A DNA stretch of 64,000 nucleotides from Cetorhinus maximus (lineage: Eukaryota), in NCBI RefSeq assembly GCF_964194155.1, contig NC_135890.1:23684001-23748000 (forward strand). The letters run 5' to 3'. The translations under genes and the position numbers were made by a program. The notes under the pieces were generated by a model. The model was not told the origin of the DNA. It searched no databases and was given only the letters and a program-made list of their open reading frames with translations. Below are positions 44,601-56,600 of the stretch, one piece after another (within the stretch, counting starts at the first letter, position 1; each line of letters begins with the position of its first letter).

Positions 44601-47600
44601 GCCCAACCAGATGGAACCAGTCTATAAAACACACAAAAAAACTCAAACCCAACAGCAGTATACAGAATAAGCAATTAACCTCTCAACTCCCCAATCCTCA
44701 TCAACCCATATCACCCCCCAAAATATGGACCCTCCAACATCCAGATCCCTGATTAGCCTCTTAGAAGAGAGAGAGTGCTGTACTGTATGAGAGAGAGGAA
44801 AGTGCAAGAGGAGGATCCCAAACCAGGCAGTCACCTCGCACCAAACATCACCAGAGAAACATAAGTTCATTGGTTGGTGAGAAATTGCTGTTAGGATGTC
44901 ATCAAGTAGCTGAGAATTAATAAAACACATTATTTTTAAAAGAAAGACTACTTACATTTAAGTAGGTAACACAAGCAATAGGGAAATAAAGTTAAGTTGA
45001 GGCCAGGTAAAATAAAATTGCATAATTAAACCAAAGCAAAATAAAGTTAATGCAAGGGAACTCAGAACCATTGCAGGACAGCTTGGTTGGATGGAATGCA
45101 TGTCTTGTAATATGTGGGAAGTTGTGGATGCTACCAGTGTCCTAGACGACCACATGGAGGATGTGCAGCTGAAGAATCTTGAGCTTCTGATTTCGGAGCA
45201 CGAGTGACGGCTGGAGTCACTGTGGCGCATCCACGACGCTGAGAGCTACATGGATAGCACGTTCAGAGAGGCGGTCACACCGCAGCTTAGGAGTCTGAAG
45301 GCAAAAAGGGAATGGGTGACCGCCAGGCAGTCCAAGAAAATTAGGCAGGTAGTGCAGGAGTCCCAGAAACCAACCGGTTTCCGTTTTAGATACCAGTGAG
45401 GACATTGGTTCCTTGGAGGAGTGCAGTCAGAGCCAAGTTTGTGGCACCACAGGCAGCTCTGTACAGGAGGGGAGATAGAAGAGGGGAAAAGCAGGAGTAA
45501 TAGGGGATTCATTAGTTAGGAGAACAGACAGGCGTTTCTGTGGCCATAGACGTGACTCCAGGATGGTATGTAGCCTCCCTGGTGCCAGGGTCAAGGATGT
45601 CATCGAGCGGCTACAGGACATTCTTCTGGGGGTGGGTGATCCACCAGAGGCCGTGGTCCACGTTGGTACCAATGATTTAGGTAGGAAAGGGGGTGAGGTC
45701 CTGAAAGCAAACTTTAGGGACCTATAAAGGAGATTGAAAAGAAGGACCTCTAAAACAGTAATCTCAGGATTACTCCCAGTGCAAGCGAGTATAGAAATAA
45801 GAGAATTGAGCGAATAAACACGTGGCTGGAAAGCTGGTGTAAGAGGGAGGGCTAAAAGCAAAGAACTGCGGATGCTGGAAATCCAAAACAAAAACAGAAA
45901 TACCTGGAAAAACTCAGCAGGTCTGGCAGCATCGGTGGAGAAGAGCACAGTTGACATTTCAAGTCCTCATGACCCTTCAACAGAACCAAGTAAAAATAGG
46001 AAAGGGGTGAAATATAAGCTGGTTTAAGGGGGGTGGGGGGCGGTGTTGGGACAAGAAGAGCTAGGTAAAGGGCCAGTGAAAGGTGGAGATAACCAAAAGA
46101 TGTCACAGACAAAAGGACAAAGAGGTGTTGAAGATGGTGATACTATCTAAAGGAATGTGCTAATTAAGGGTAGAAAGCAGAACAAACAAGGTACAGAAAG
46201 CTCTAGTGGGGGTGGGGTGGGGTGAAGGAATACTAAAAAGGCTTAAAGGTAAAGATAAAACAATGGATGGAAATACATTTAAAAATAATGGAAATAGGTG
46301 GGAAAAGAAAAATCTATATAAATTATTGGAAAAAACAAAAAGGAGGTGGAAAAAACGGAAAGGGGGTGGGGATGGAGGAGAGAGTTCATGATCTAAAATT
46401 GTTGAACTCAATATTCAGTCCGGAAGGCTGTAAAGTGCCTAGTCGGAAGATGAGGTGCTGTTCCTCCAGTTTGCGTTGAGCTTCACTGGAACAATGCAGC
46501 AAGCCAAGGACGGACATGTGGGCATGAGAGCAGGGTGGAGTGTTGAAATGGCAAGCGACAGGGAGATAAAAACAAAAAACTACTGCGGATGCTGGAAATC
46601 CAAAACAAAAACAGAATTACCTGGAAAAACTCAGCAGGTCTGGCAGCATCGGGGAGAAGAAAAGAGTTGACGTTTCATGACCCTTCAGCAGAACAGAGAA
46701 GCGACAGGGAGATCTGGGTAATGCTTGCGGACAGACCGAAAGTGTTCTGCAAAGCGGTCACCCAGTCTGCGTTTGGTCTCTCCAATGTAGAGGAAACCGC
46801 ATTGGGAGCAACAAATGCAGTAGACTAAATTGAGGGAAGTGCAAGTGAAATGCTGCTTCACTTGAAAAGAGTGTTTGGGCCCTTGGACGGTGAGGAGGGG
46901 GGAAGTGAAGGGGCAGGTGTTGCATTTTCTGCGGTTGCATGGGAAGGTGCTGTGGGAGGGGGTTGAGGAGTAGGGGGGTGATGGAGGAGTGGACCAGGGT
47001 GTCTCTGAGGGAACGATCCCTACGGAATGCCGCAGGGGGGGTGAAGGGAAGATGTGTTTGGTGGTGGCATCGTGCTGGAGTTGGAAATGGCGGAGGATTC
47101 TCCTTTGAATGCGGAGGCTGGTGGGGTGATAAGTGAGGACAAGGGGGACCCTATCATGTTTCTGGGAGGGAGGAGATGATGTGAGGGCGGATGCACGGGA
47201 GATGGGCCGGACACGGTTGAGGGCCCTGTCAACGACCGTGGGTGGAAAACCTCGGTTAAGGTTGAAGGAGGACATGTCAGAGGAACTATTTTTGAAAGTG
47301 GCATCATCAGAACAGATGCGACGGAGGCGAAGGAACTGAGAGAATGGGATGGAGTCCTTACAGGAAGCGGGGTGTGAGGAGCTGTAGTCAAGGTAGCTGT
47401 GGGAGTCGGTAGGCTTGTAATGGATATTGGTGGACAGTCTGTCACCAGAAATTGAGACAGAGAGGTCAAGGAAGGGAAGGGAAGTGTCAGAGATGGACCA
47501 TGTGAAAATGATGGAGGGGTGGAAATTGGAAGCAAAATTAATAAATTCTTCCAGGTCCCGACGAGAGCATGAAGCAGCACCGAAGTAATCATCGATGTAC

Positions 47601-50600
47601 CAGAGAAAGAGTTGTGGGAGGGAGCCGGAGTAGGACTGGAACAAGGAATGTTCCACATACCCCATGAAGAGACAGGCATAGCTGGGGCCCATGCGGGTAC
47701 CCATAGCCACACCTTTTATTTGGAGGAAGTGAGAGGAGTTAAAGGAGAAATTGTTCAGTGTGAGAACAAGTTCAGCCAGACGGAGGAGAGTAGTGGCGGA
47801 TGGGGATTGTTCGGGCCTCTGTTCGAGGAAGAAGCGGAGAGCCACCAGACCATCCCGGTGGGGGATGGAGGTGTAGAGGGATTGGACGTCAACGTTGAAG
47901 AGGAGGTGGTTGGGGCCAGGGAACTGGAAATTGTTGATGTGATGTAGGGTGTCAGAGGAATCACGGATATAGGTGGGAAGGGACTGGACAAGGGGAGAGA
48001 GAAGGGAGTCAAGATAGCAAGAAATGAGTTCCGTGGGGCAGGAACAGGCTAACACGATCAGTCTGCCGGGACAGTCCTGTTTGTGAATTTTGGGTAGGAG
48101 GTAGAAGCGGGCCGTCTGAGGTTGGGCGACTATCAGGTTGGACGCTGTGGAAGGAAGATCTCCAGAGGAGATGAGGTCAGTGACAGTCCTGGAAACAATG
48201 GCTTGATGTTCAGTGGTGGGGTCATGGTCCAGGGAGAGGTAGGAGGAAGTGTCTGCGAGTTGACGCTCAGCCTCTGCGAGGTAGAGGTCAGTGCGCCAGA
48301 CAACAACAGCACCACTCTTGTCAGCGGGTTTGATGAAAATGTCAGGGTTGGACCTGAGAGAACGGAGTGCAGCAAGTTCAGAAAGAGACAGGTTAGAATG
48401 GGTTCAGAGGAGCAGAGAAATTGAGACGACTAATGTCACGCTGACAGTTCTCAATGAAATGATCAAGAGAAGGTAAGAATCCAGAGGGAGGGGTCCAGGT
48501 GGAGGGAGAATATTGGAGGTGGGTAAAAGGATCCGTTGAACGGGGAGAGGACTCCTGCCCGAAGAAATGAGCACAGAGACGAAGGCGGCGGAAGAAGAGT
48601 TCAGCATCGTGCCGAGCCCGAAATTCATTGAGATGAGGGCGTAAGGGTATGAAACTAAGTCCTTTGCTGAGCACTGAACATTCAGCGTCGGAGAGGGGAA
48701 GGTCAGGGGGTATGGTGAATACACGGCCAGGGCTGGGATTGGAAGACGGGATAAGGACGGAGGGACAGGCAGGGGTGGAGGGTCCTGGATGGGTGTTGGT
48801 GTCGATGAGTTGTTGGAGCTTGCGTTCCTTAGCACTTGAGAGAAAGAGAATAAGTTTCTTGTTGAGGCGTCGAATGAGACGAAGAATAAAATGAAACTAG
48901 GGGCACGCGCAGCTTTGAAAAAGGGTGCAGCGGTGCTGCTGGAGGGAGAGGTCGAGTGTGTTCATATAGCGGCGCATGGCACTGAGTGGATCTCAGAATG
49001 CGACGGGAACAGCAGTCCGAGGAGCATTGTATGTCCCGGAGATACCTGTAATCCTGGGTGGGTTCAAAACACGAGGGATGGAATTTCAGTTGAAATCCAC
49101 GTGGGGTAAGTCGGAGACGGAGACAGTCACTGAGAAAGGAAATATGGCTGTGAAAGCGGGTTTTAGTAAACACCTTGTCAAACACCAGGAGAGAAATGGA
49201 AAGCAATGAAGGTGAACAAGGCAAAAGAGAGATACGAAAATCCTGACGGAGAGTAGAGCAAAACTTCTTAAAGGAAACATCCATTGTTTTATCTCTACCT
49301 TTTAGCCTTTTTAGTATCCCTTCGCCCCACCCCACCCCCACTAGGGCTATCTATACCTTGCTTGTCCTGCTTTCTACCCTTAATTAGCACATTCCTTTAG
49401 ATAATATCACCACCTTCAACACCTCTTTGTCCTTTTGCCTGTGACATCTTTTGGTTATCTCCACCTATCACTGGCCCTTTACCTAGCTCTTCTTGTCCCA
49501 ACACCCCCCCACCCCCTTAAACCAGCTTATATTTCACCCCTTTCCTATTTTTACTTAGTTCTGTTGAAGGGTTATGAGGACTCGAAACGTCAACTGTGCC
49601 CTTCTCTGCCGATGCTGCCAGACCTGCTGAGTTTTTCCAGGTATTTCTGTTTTTGTTTTTGTAAGAGGGCATCAGATTTCTGAGGCATTGGGACTGGTTC
49701 TGGGGAAGGTGGGACCTATACAAGCTGGACGGTCTACACCTGAATAGGACTGGGACGAATATCCTTGCAAGGAGATATGCACAGTGTAGACATGTCCCCA
49801 CAAAGAAAAAGGGTGATACTGTCAAACTAGAGCCCCCTGGTTATCCAGAAGCATATAGGCCAAGATAAAGCAGAAAAAGAAAGCTTATAACAGTCACAAA
49901 AGACTTAATACTGTAGAATGCCTAGAGGAATATAGAAAGTACAGGTGTAAAGTAAAAATGGAAATTAGGAAAGCAAAGAGAGGGTACAAAAAAAACATTG
50001 GCAGGTAAAATCAAAGAAAATCCTAAGATGTTTTCTCAGTACATTAAGAGCAAGAGAATAACTAAGGAAAAGTTGGGCCTATCAGAGATGTACATGATAA
50101 CTTGTGGGTTGATGCAGAAGATGCGGGCAGGGTTGTCAATGAGTTCTTTGTCTCTGTCTTCACTCAGGAGAGGGATGATGCAGACATTCTAGTTAAAGAG
50201 GAGGAGTGTGAAATATTAGATACAATAAGCATAGTGAGTGAGGAAATACTGGAGGGACTGGCATCCTTGAAGGTGGTTAAGTCACCAGGTCCAGATAGAT
50301 TGTAACCCAGGCTGTTGAAGGAAGCCAGGGGGGAAATAGCTGATGGTCTGAGGATCATTTTATTATCTTCATTAGATACAGGCGAGGTCCCAGAGGATTG
50401 GAGGTCTGTGAACATAGTACCATTATTTACAAAGGGTGCAGAGGATTGGCCAGAAAATTATAGGCTGGTCAGTCTGACTTCGGTGGTGGGCAAATTATTG
50501 GAAACAATTCTGAGAGACAGGATAAACTGTCACTTAGGCAGAGATTGATCAGGGATATTCAGCATGGTTTTGTTAGGGGAAGATCGTGTCCTAACTTAAT

Positions 50601-53600
50601 AGAATTTTTTGAGTAAGTAACAAGGAGGATTGATGAGGATAGTGAAGTAGACGTTGTTTACATCGATTTCAGTAAGGCATTTGACAAGGTCCCACATGGC
50701 AGACTGGTCAAGAAAGTGAGATCTCATAGGATACAGGGGAAGGCGGCAGGTTGGATCCAGAATTAGCTCGGTGACAGGAAACCAAGGGTGATGGTCGATA
50801 GATGTTTTTGCAAATGGAATACAATTTCCAGTGGTGTTCCACAGGGCTCAGTGTTGGGGCCCTTGCTGTTTGTTGTATATATATTAATGAGTTAGACTTA
50901 AATGTGGGAGGTACAATTGGGAAGTTTGCAAATGACAGAAAATTTGGCCGTGTAATTGATAGCGAAGAGGCTAGTTGCCGACTCCAGAATGATACCAATG
51001 GTCTGGTTGAGTCGGTGGAGAAGTGGCAAATGGAATTCAATCTGGAAAAGTGTGTGAGGTAATGCATTCGGGGAGGGCAAACAAAGCAAGGGAATTCTCA
51101 ATAAACGGGAAGTTATTGAGAAGGATTGAACAAGTGAGAGACCTTGGAGAGCACCCTGGAGACCCCCAAATAGTCAGAGAGAAATAGAAGAGCAGATATG
51201 TGGGCAAATTTCAGAGAAGTGTAAAAATAATAGGGTAGTAATAGTGGGGGATTTCAACTTCCCCAACATTAACTGGGTTAGTCATAGTGTGATAGATTTA
51301 GAGGGAGCGAAATTCTTAAAATGCACCCAGGAGAGCTTTTTAAGAAGGTTCTGCAAGAGAGGGGGCAGTCCTGGACTTAATTTTAGGGAATGAAGCCAGG
51401 CAAGTGGTAGAGGTATCAGTGGGGGAGCATTTTGCAGAAGTGATAACTCTGTTAGAGTCAAGGTTGTTATGGAAATGGACAAGGATGGACCAGAAATCAG
51501 AGTTCTAAATTGGGGGAAGGCCGATTTTAATAAGATCAGATATGATTTGGCCAGAGTGGACTGGGAGCAGCTACTTTTAGGTAAATCTGCGCCAGAGCAG
51601 TGGGACTCATTCCAGAAGGAAATAGGGAGAGTACAGGGCCAACATATTCCAGTAAAGACAAAGGGTGGGACCAACAAATCCAGGGAACCCTGGATGTCGA
51701 GGGATATACAGGATTGGATAAAGAGAAAGGGAGGCTTATGCCAGATACCGAGGGCTCAAAACAGCGGAAGCCCTAGAGGAGTATAGAATGTGTAGGGGGG
51801 AACTTAAAAAGGAAATTAGGAGAGCAAAAAGGGGGCATGAAAAAACATTGGCAGGTAAAATAAAGGAAAATCCAAAGTTATTTTACAAGTACATTAAGAG
51901 TAAGAGGATAACTAGGGAAAGAATAGGGTCCATTAAGGACCATAGTGGTAATTTGTGTGTGGAGCCGGAAGACGTAGATAGGGTTCTAAATGAATACTTT
52001 GTGTCGGTGTTCACAAGGGAGAGGGACGACGGGTATGGAAATCAGGCAGAAGGACTGTGATATAATTAAAGAAATTAGCATAAGAAGAGATGAGGTTCTA
52101 AGTGGTCTGACAGGCTTAAAAGTAGATAAATCTCTAGGCCCGAATGAAATGTATCCCACGCTGTTGAGTGAGGCAAGGGAGGAGATAGCAGGGGCACTAG
52201 CAATAATTTTCAACACCTCTCTGGCCACAGGAGAGTGCCAGAAGACTGAAGGACAGCAAATGTGGAACTATTATTCAAGAAGGGAGGAAGGGATAAACCA
52301 GGGAACTACAGGCCAGTCAGTCTAACCTCAGTGGTGGGGAAACTATTGGAAGCAATTCCAAGGGACAGAATTAATCTACACTTGGGGAGGCAGGGATTAA
52401 TCAAGGACAATCAGCATGGTTTTGTTAAGGGAAGGTCATGTCTGACCAGTTTGATTGAATTTTCAGAAGAGGTGACCAGGTGTGTAGATGAGGGCAATGC
52501 ATTTGACGTAGTTTACTTGGACTTCAGCAAGGCTTTTGATAAGGTCCCTCATGGGAGACTGATAACGAAGGTAAGAGCCCATGGGATCCAAGGCAATTTG
52601 GCAAATTGGATCCAGAATTGGCTGAGTGGCAGGAAGCAGAGGGTGATGGTCAAGGGGTGTTTTTGAGGGATGCCTGTGTCCAGTGGAGTTCCACAGGGAT
52701 TGGTGTTGGGTCCTTTGCTGTTTGTGGTATATATAAATGATTTAGACTTGAATGTAGGAGGGTTGATCATTAAGTTCGTGAATGACATGAAAATTGCTGG
52801 GGTGGTACATAGTGAGGAGGATAGCCTTAGATCTTAGATTACAGGAGGATATAGACGGGCTGGTCAGATGGGCTGATCAGTGGCAAATGGAATTTAATCT
52901 GGATAAGTGTGAGGTGATGCACTTGGACAGGACAAACAAGGCACGGGAATATATGATGAATGGTAGGACCCTGCGAAGTACCGAGGATCAGAGGGACCTT
53001 GGTGTGCATGTCCACTGGTCCCTTAAGACATCGGGACAGGTAGATAAGGTGGTTAAGAAGGCATATGGGATATTTGCCTTTTATTAGCCGAGGCATAGAA
53101 TGTAAGAGCAGGGTGGTTATGCTGGAACTGTATAAAACGCTGGTTAGGCCACAGCTAGAGTATTGCTGCAGTTCTGGAATCTGCATTATAGGAAGAATGT
53201 GATTGCAGTAGAGAGAGTGCAGAGGAGATTTACCAGGATGTTGCCTGGGCTGGAGAGTTTTAGTTATAAGGAGGGATTGGATAGACTGGGGTTATTTTCC
53301 TTGGAGCAGAGGAGATTGAGCGGGGACATGATTGAGGTGTATAAAATTATGGGGGACATAGATATGGTAGACAGGAAGCAACTTTTTCCCTTGGTGGAGG
53401 GATCAATAACCAGGGGGCATAGATTTAAGGTAAGGGGCAGGAGGTTTAGAGGGGATGTGAGGAAGAATTTTTTCACCCTGAGTGTGGTTGGAATCTGGAA
53501 CTCATTGCCTGAAAGGGCGGTAGGCAGAAACCCTCATAACATTTAAGAAGTATCTGGATGTGCACTTATGATGTCATGGCATACAAGACTATGGGCCTAG

Positions 53601-56600
53601 TGCTGACAAATGGGATTAGAATAGTTAGGTACTTGTTTGACTGGTGCAGACTCAATGGGCTGAAGGGCCTTTTTCTGTGCTGTAGACCTCTATGACTCTA
53701 TGTATGTGCACAGGCCCTTGAAGGTGGCAGGACAGGTGGGCAAGGTGGTCAAGAAAGCATATGGAATGCTTTCCTTTATTGGGCGAGGTATTGAATACAA
53801 AAGCAGGGATGTAATGATGGAACTGTATAAAATGCTGGTTAGGCCACATTGTGGCATTTTGTGTTTAGTTCTGGTCACCACATTACAGGAAAGACATAAT
53901 TGCTCTGGAGAGAGTGCAGAAGAGATTTACAAGAATGTTGCCAGGGCTTGAAAATTGCAAACTATGAGGAGAGATTGAATAGGCTAGGGTTATTTTCCTT
54001 AGAAAAGAGGAGGCTAAGGGGTGACCTAATTGAGGTGTACCAAATTATATGGGGCTTAGATAGGGTAGACAGGAAAGACTTGTTTCCCTTACCTGAGGGG
54101 TCAACTACCAGGGGGCATAGATTTAAGGTGATTGGTAGAAGGACTAGAGGGAACATGAGGAAAATCTTTTTCATCCAGAGGGTCATGGGCATCTGGAATT
54201 CACTGCCTAGGTTGGTGGTCGAGGCTGAAATGCTCAACTCATTTAAAAGGTACCTGGATTTGCATCTGAAGTACTGTAACCTGCAAGGCTACGGACCAGG
54301 TGCTGGAAAGTGGGATTAAAATGAATGGATAGTTTCTTTTTTCTCTTTTTGGCCAGTGCAGACACGATGGGCTGAATGGCCTCTTTCTGCACCATAACAT
54401 TTCTATGGTTCTAATCCACACAAACACTCTCTCATTTCTTTGTGCATTTATGTCTACCTGTGTCCCTGCTTCTATCAATCTATGCGTGTATCTCCCTGAG
54501 TATGTCCACTTGTCTTTCTGTGTCTCTGTGTGGCTGTATTTGTCCCTGTCTTCTTGTGTTTCCCTGTCTCTGTGTGTGTGTGTCTCTCTGTGTATGTGTC
54601 TGTGTCACTCCCAGAAACCTCTCCTTACATAGAATTACATAGATTACCCATGCCGGGATAGACCTTCCTGATTTCCTCTGCGGTTTGGTAGGCGTGGAAA
54701 GAGTTTGGAAAATCCACGTCGGGGTCAGATTCATCCACCATCTGATCAAGCGCTTGAAGAACCTCCATCACTGTCATCTGAGCACGTGAACATGAGGCCC
54801 ATCGAGAGATCTACAACCAGAGGCACACAGGACCAGTCATTCAATCCACTAGCTCAGTTAGTCACTCAAACACCAGCTCAACAGGTCACTCAACCCTTTA
54901 TGTAGACCTGACAGAGAACCCACAATACCATTGTACCCAGTCCCACAATACCATTGTACCCAGTCCTTCAATGGCCCAAATAGCCCTGGGCTGAATGCCA
55001 CTCCTCAGTACTATCCTCTTATCAAGAAGCAAACGTGAAAATATTCAATTTGAGAAGGGCTAATTCTAAAGGTTTGATAAAGGATCTGGTCTGATAAAGG
55101 ATAAGGATGGATTAGAATCAAAATTTGACATACAAAACAGAAAATGTGCAATGGGAGGACTTCAAAGAGGCGATAGTTTGGGTTAAGACTAGACACATTC
55201 TTATAAAGGTGAAAGGCATCCAAAGCTAGAGCTCCCTGGATGACTGAAGGTGTAGAGGTTAAAATTAAATAGGGAAAAGCATTAAAAAGATAATTTTTGG
55301 CTTCATAATTCAGCCAAGAGCCAAGTCAAATACCGAGGAGGATTGAAAAAGAAAATAAGAGGGGCAGAGAGAGAGTATGAGGATAAATTAGTGAGTAACA
55401 TAAAAGAGAATCCAAATATATTTTATGAACATAAATAGTAAAATAGTAGTCAAAGGAAGGATGGGACTGATTAGGAATCGAAAAGGAGATCTTTTTGTGG
55501 AGGCAGAGATGTGACTGAGGTAGTAATTGATTACTTTACATTTGTCTTCACAAGAGGATGTTTCCAATGCAGCAGTAAAGGTGAAGGCAGCAGCGATGTT
55601 GGATAGGAGGTGTAGAAGAGGCACTTAAAAGGTTGGCTGCGCTCAAAGTGGAAAAGTCACTTGATCTGGATAGGCCACTGAGCGAAGTAAGGAAGGAAAT
55701 TGCTGTGGCCCTGAGCACAATCTTCCTTAGATACTGGGTTAGTGTCAGAGGATTGAAAAATTGCAAATATTACACCCTTGTTCAATAAAAGGGAGTGGGA
55801 TACAACCCAGCAACAACAGATCAGTCTGCCTAATATTAATTGTGAGGAAACTTTTAGCGACAATAGCCTGGGACAAAATTAATTGGCACTTGGAAAAGTA
55901 TGGGCTAATAAATGAAAGCTAGCATGGATTTGATGAAGGCAAATCATGTTTGATTAACTTAATCAAATTCCACAATGACAGAACAGGGAGGGTTGATGTG
56001 TATACAGGCTTTCAAAAGATGGTTGATGAAGTACCACACAATAGCAAAATCAAAGTCCAACGGATCAAAGGGAGAGTGGCTGTGTGGATACGAAATTGGC
56101 TAAGAGACGGAAAACAGAAATTGGAAACAAGTATACAGTGGTGCCTCCAGTGGTTGGTATTGGGACCACTGCTCTTTTTGATATATATTAATGGCCTGCA
56201 CTTGGGTATACAGGGCACAATTTCAAAGTTTGCAGATGACACAAAGCTCAGAAATGTAGCAAACAAAGAGGAGGATCGTAACAGGGTTCAAGAAGTCATA
56301 AACTAGTGAAATGGGCAGACACATGGTGGATGAAATTTAATTCGGAGAATTGTGAAGTGATGCATTCTGATAGGAAGAATGAGGAGAGCCAATGTGTACT
56401 AAATACAGGATAGTACAATTTTACAGGTGGTCCAGGAGCAGAAAGACCTGGGGGTATATGTACACAAATCATTGATGCTGGCAGGACAAGTTAAGAAGAC
56501 TTTTTTTAAAAATGAGATCCTTGACTTTATTAATAGAAGACTAGAGTACTAAAGCAAGGAAGTTATGCAAACCATTTATAAAACTCTGGTTAGGCTCCAG

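Larger units (their letters stand above)
45853..49660 (-). mobile_element. Near-full-length Penelope-like retroelement (Neptune-type linker), frameshifted, with inverted terminal segments
   Basis: [43 protein letters not shown], linker [37 protein letters not shown]; 45885-46269 is the reverse complement of 49278-49660. Confidence 0.93.
45030..51150 (+). mobile_element. CR1 LINE (ORF1 esterase region, then deleted ORF2) interrupted by a PLE at 45853-49660
   Basis: ORF1 [27 protein letters not shown]; resumes [24 protein letters not shown] at 49661; [13 protein letters not shown] at ~50660. Confidence 0.88.
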
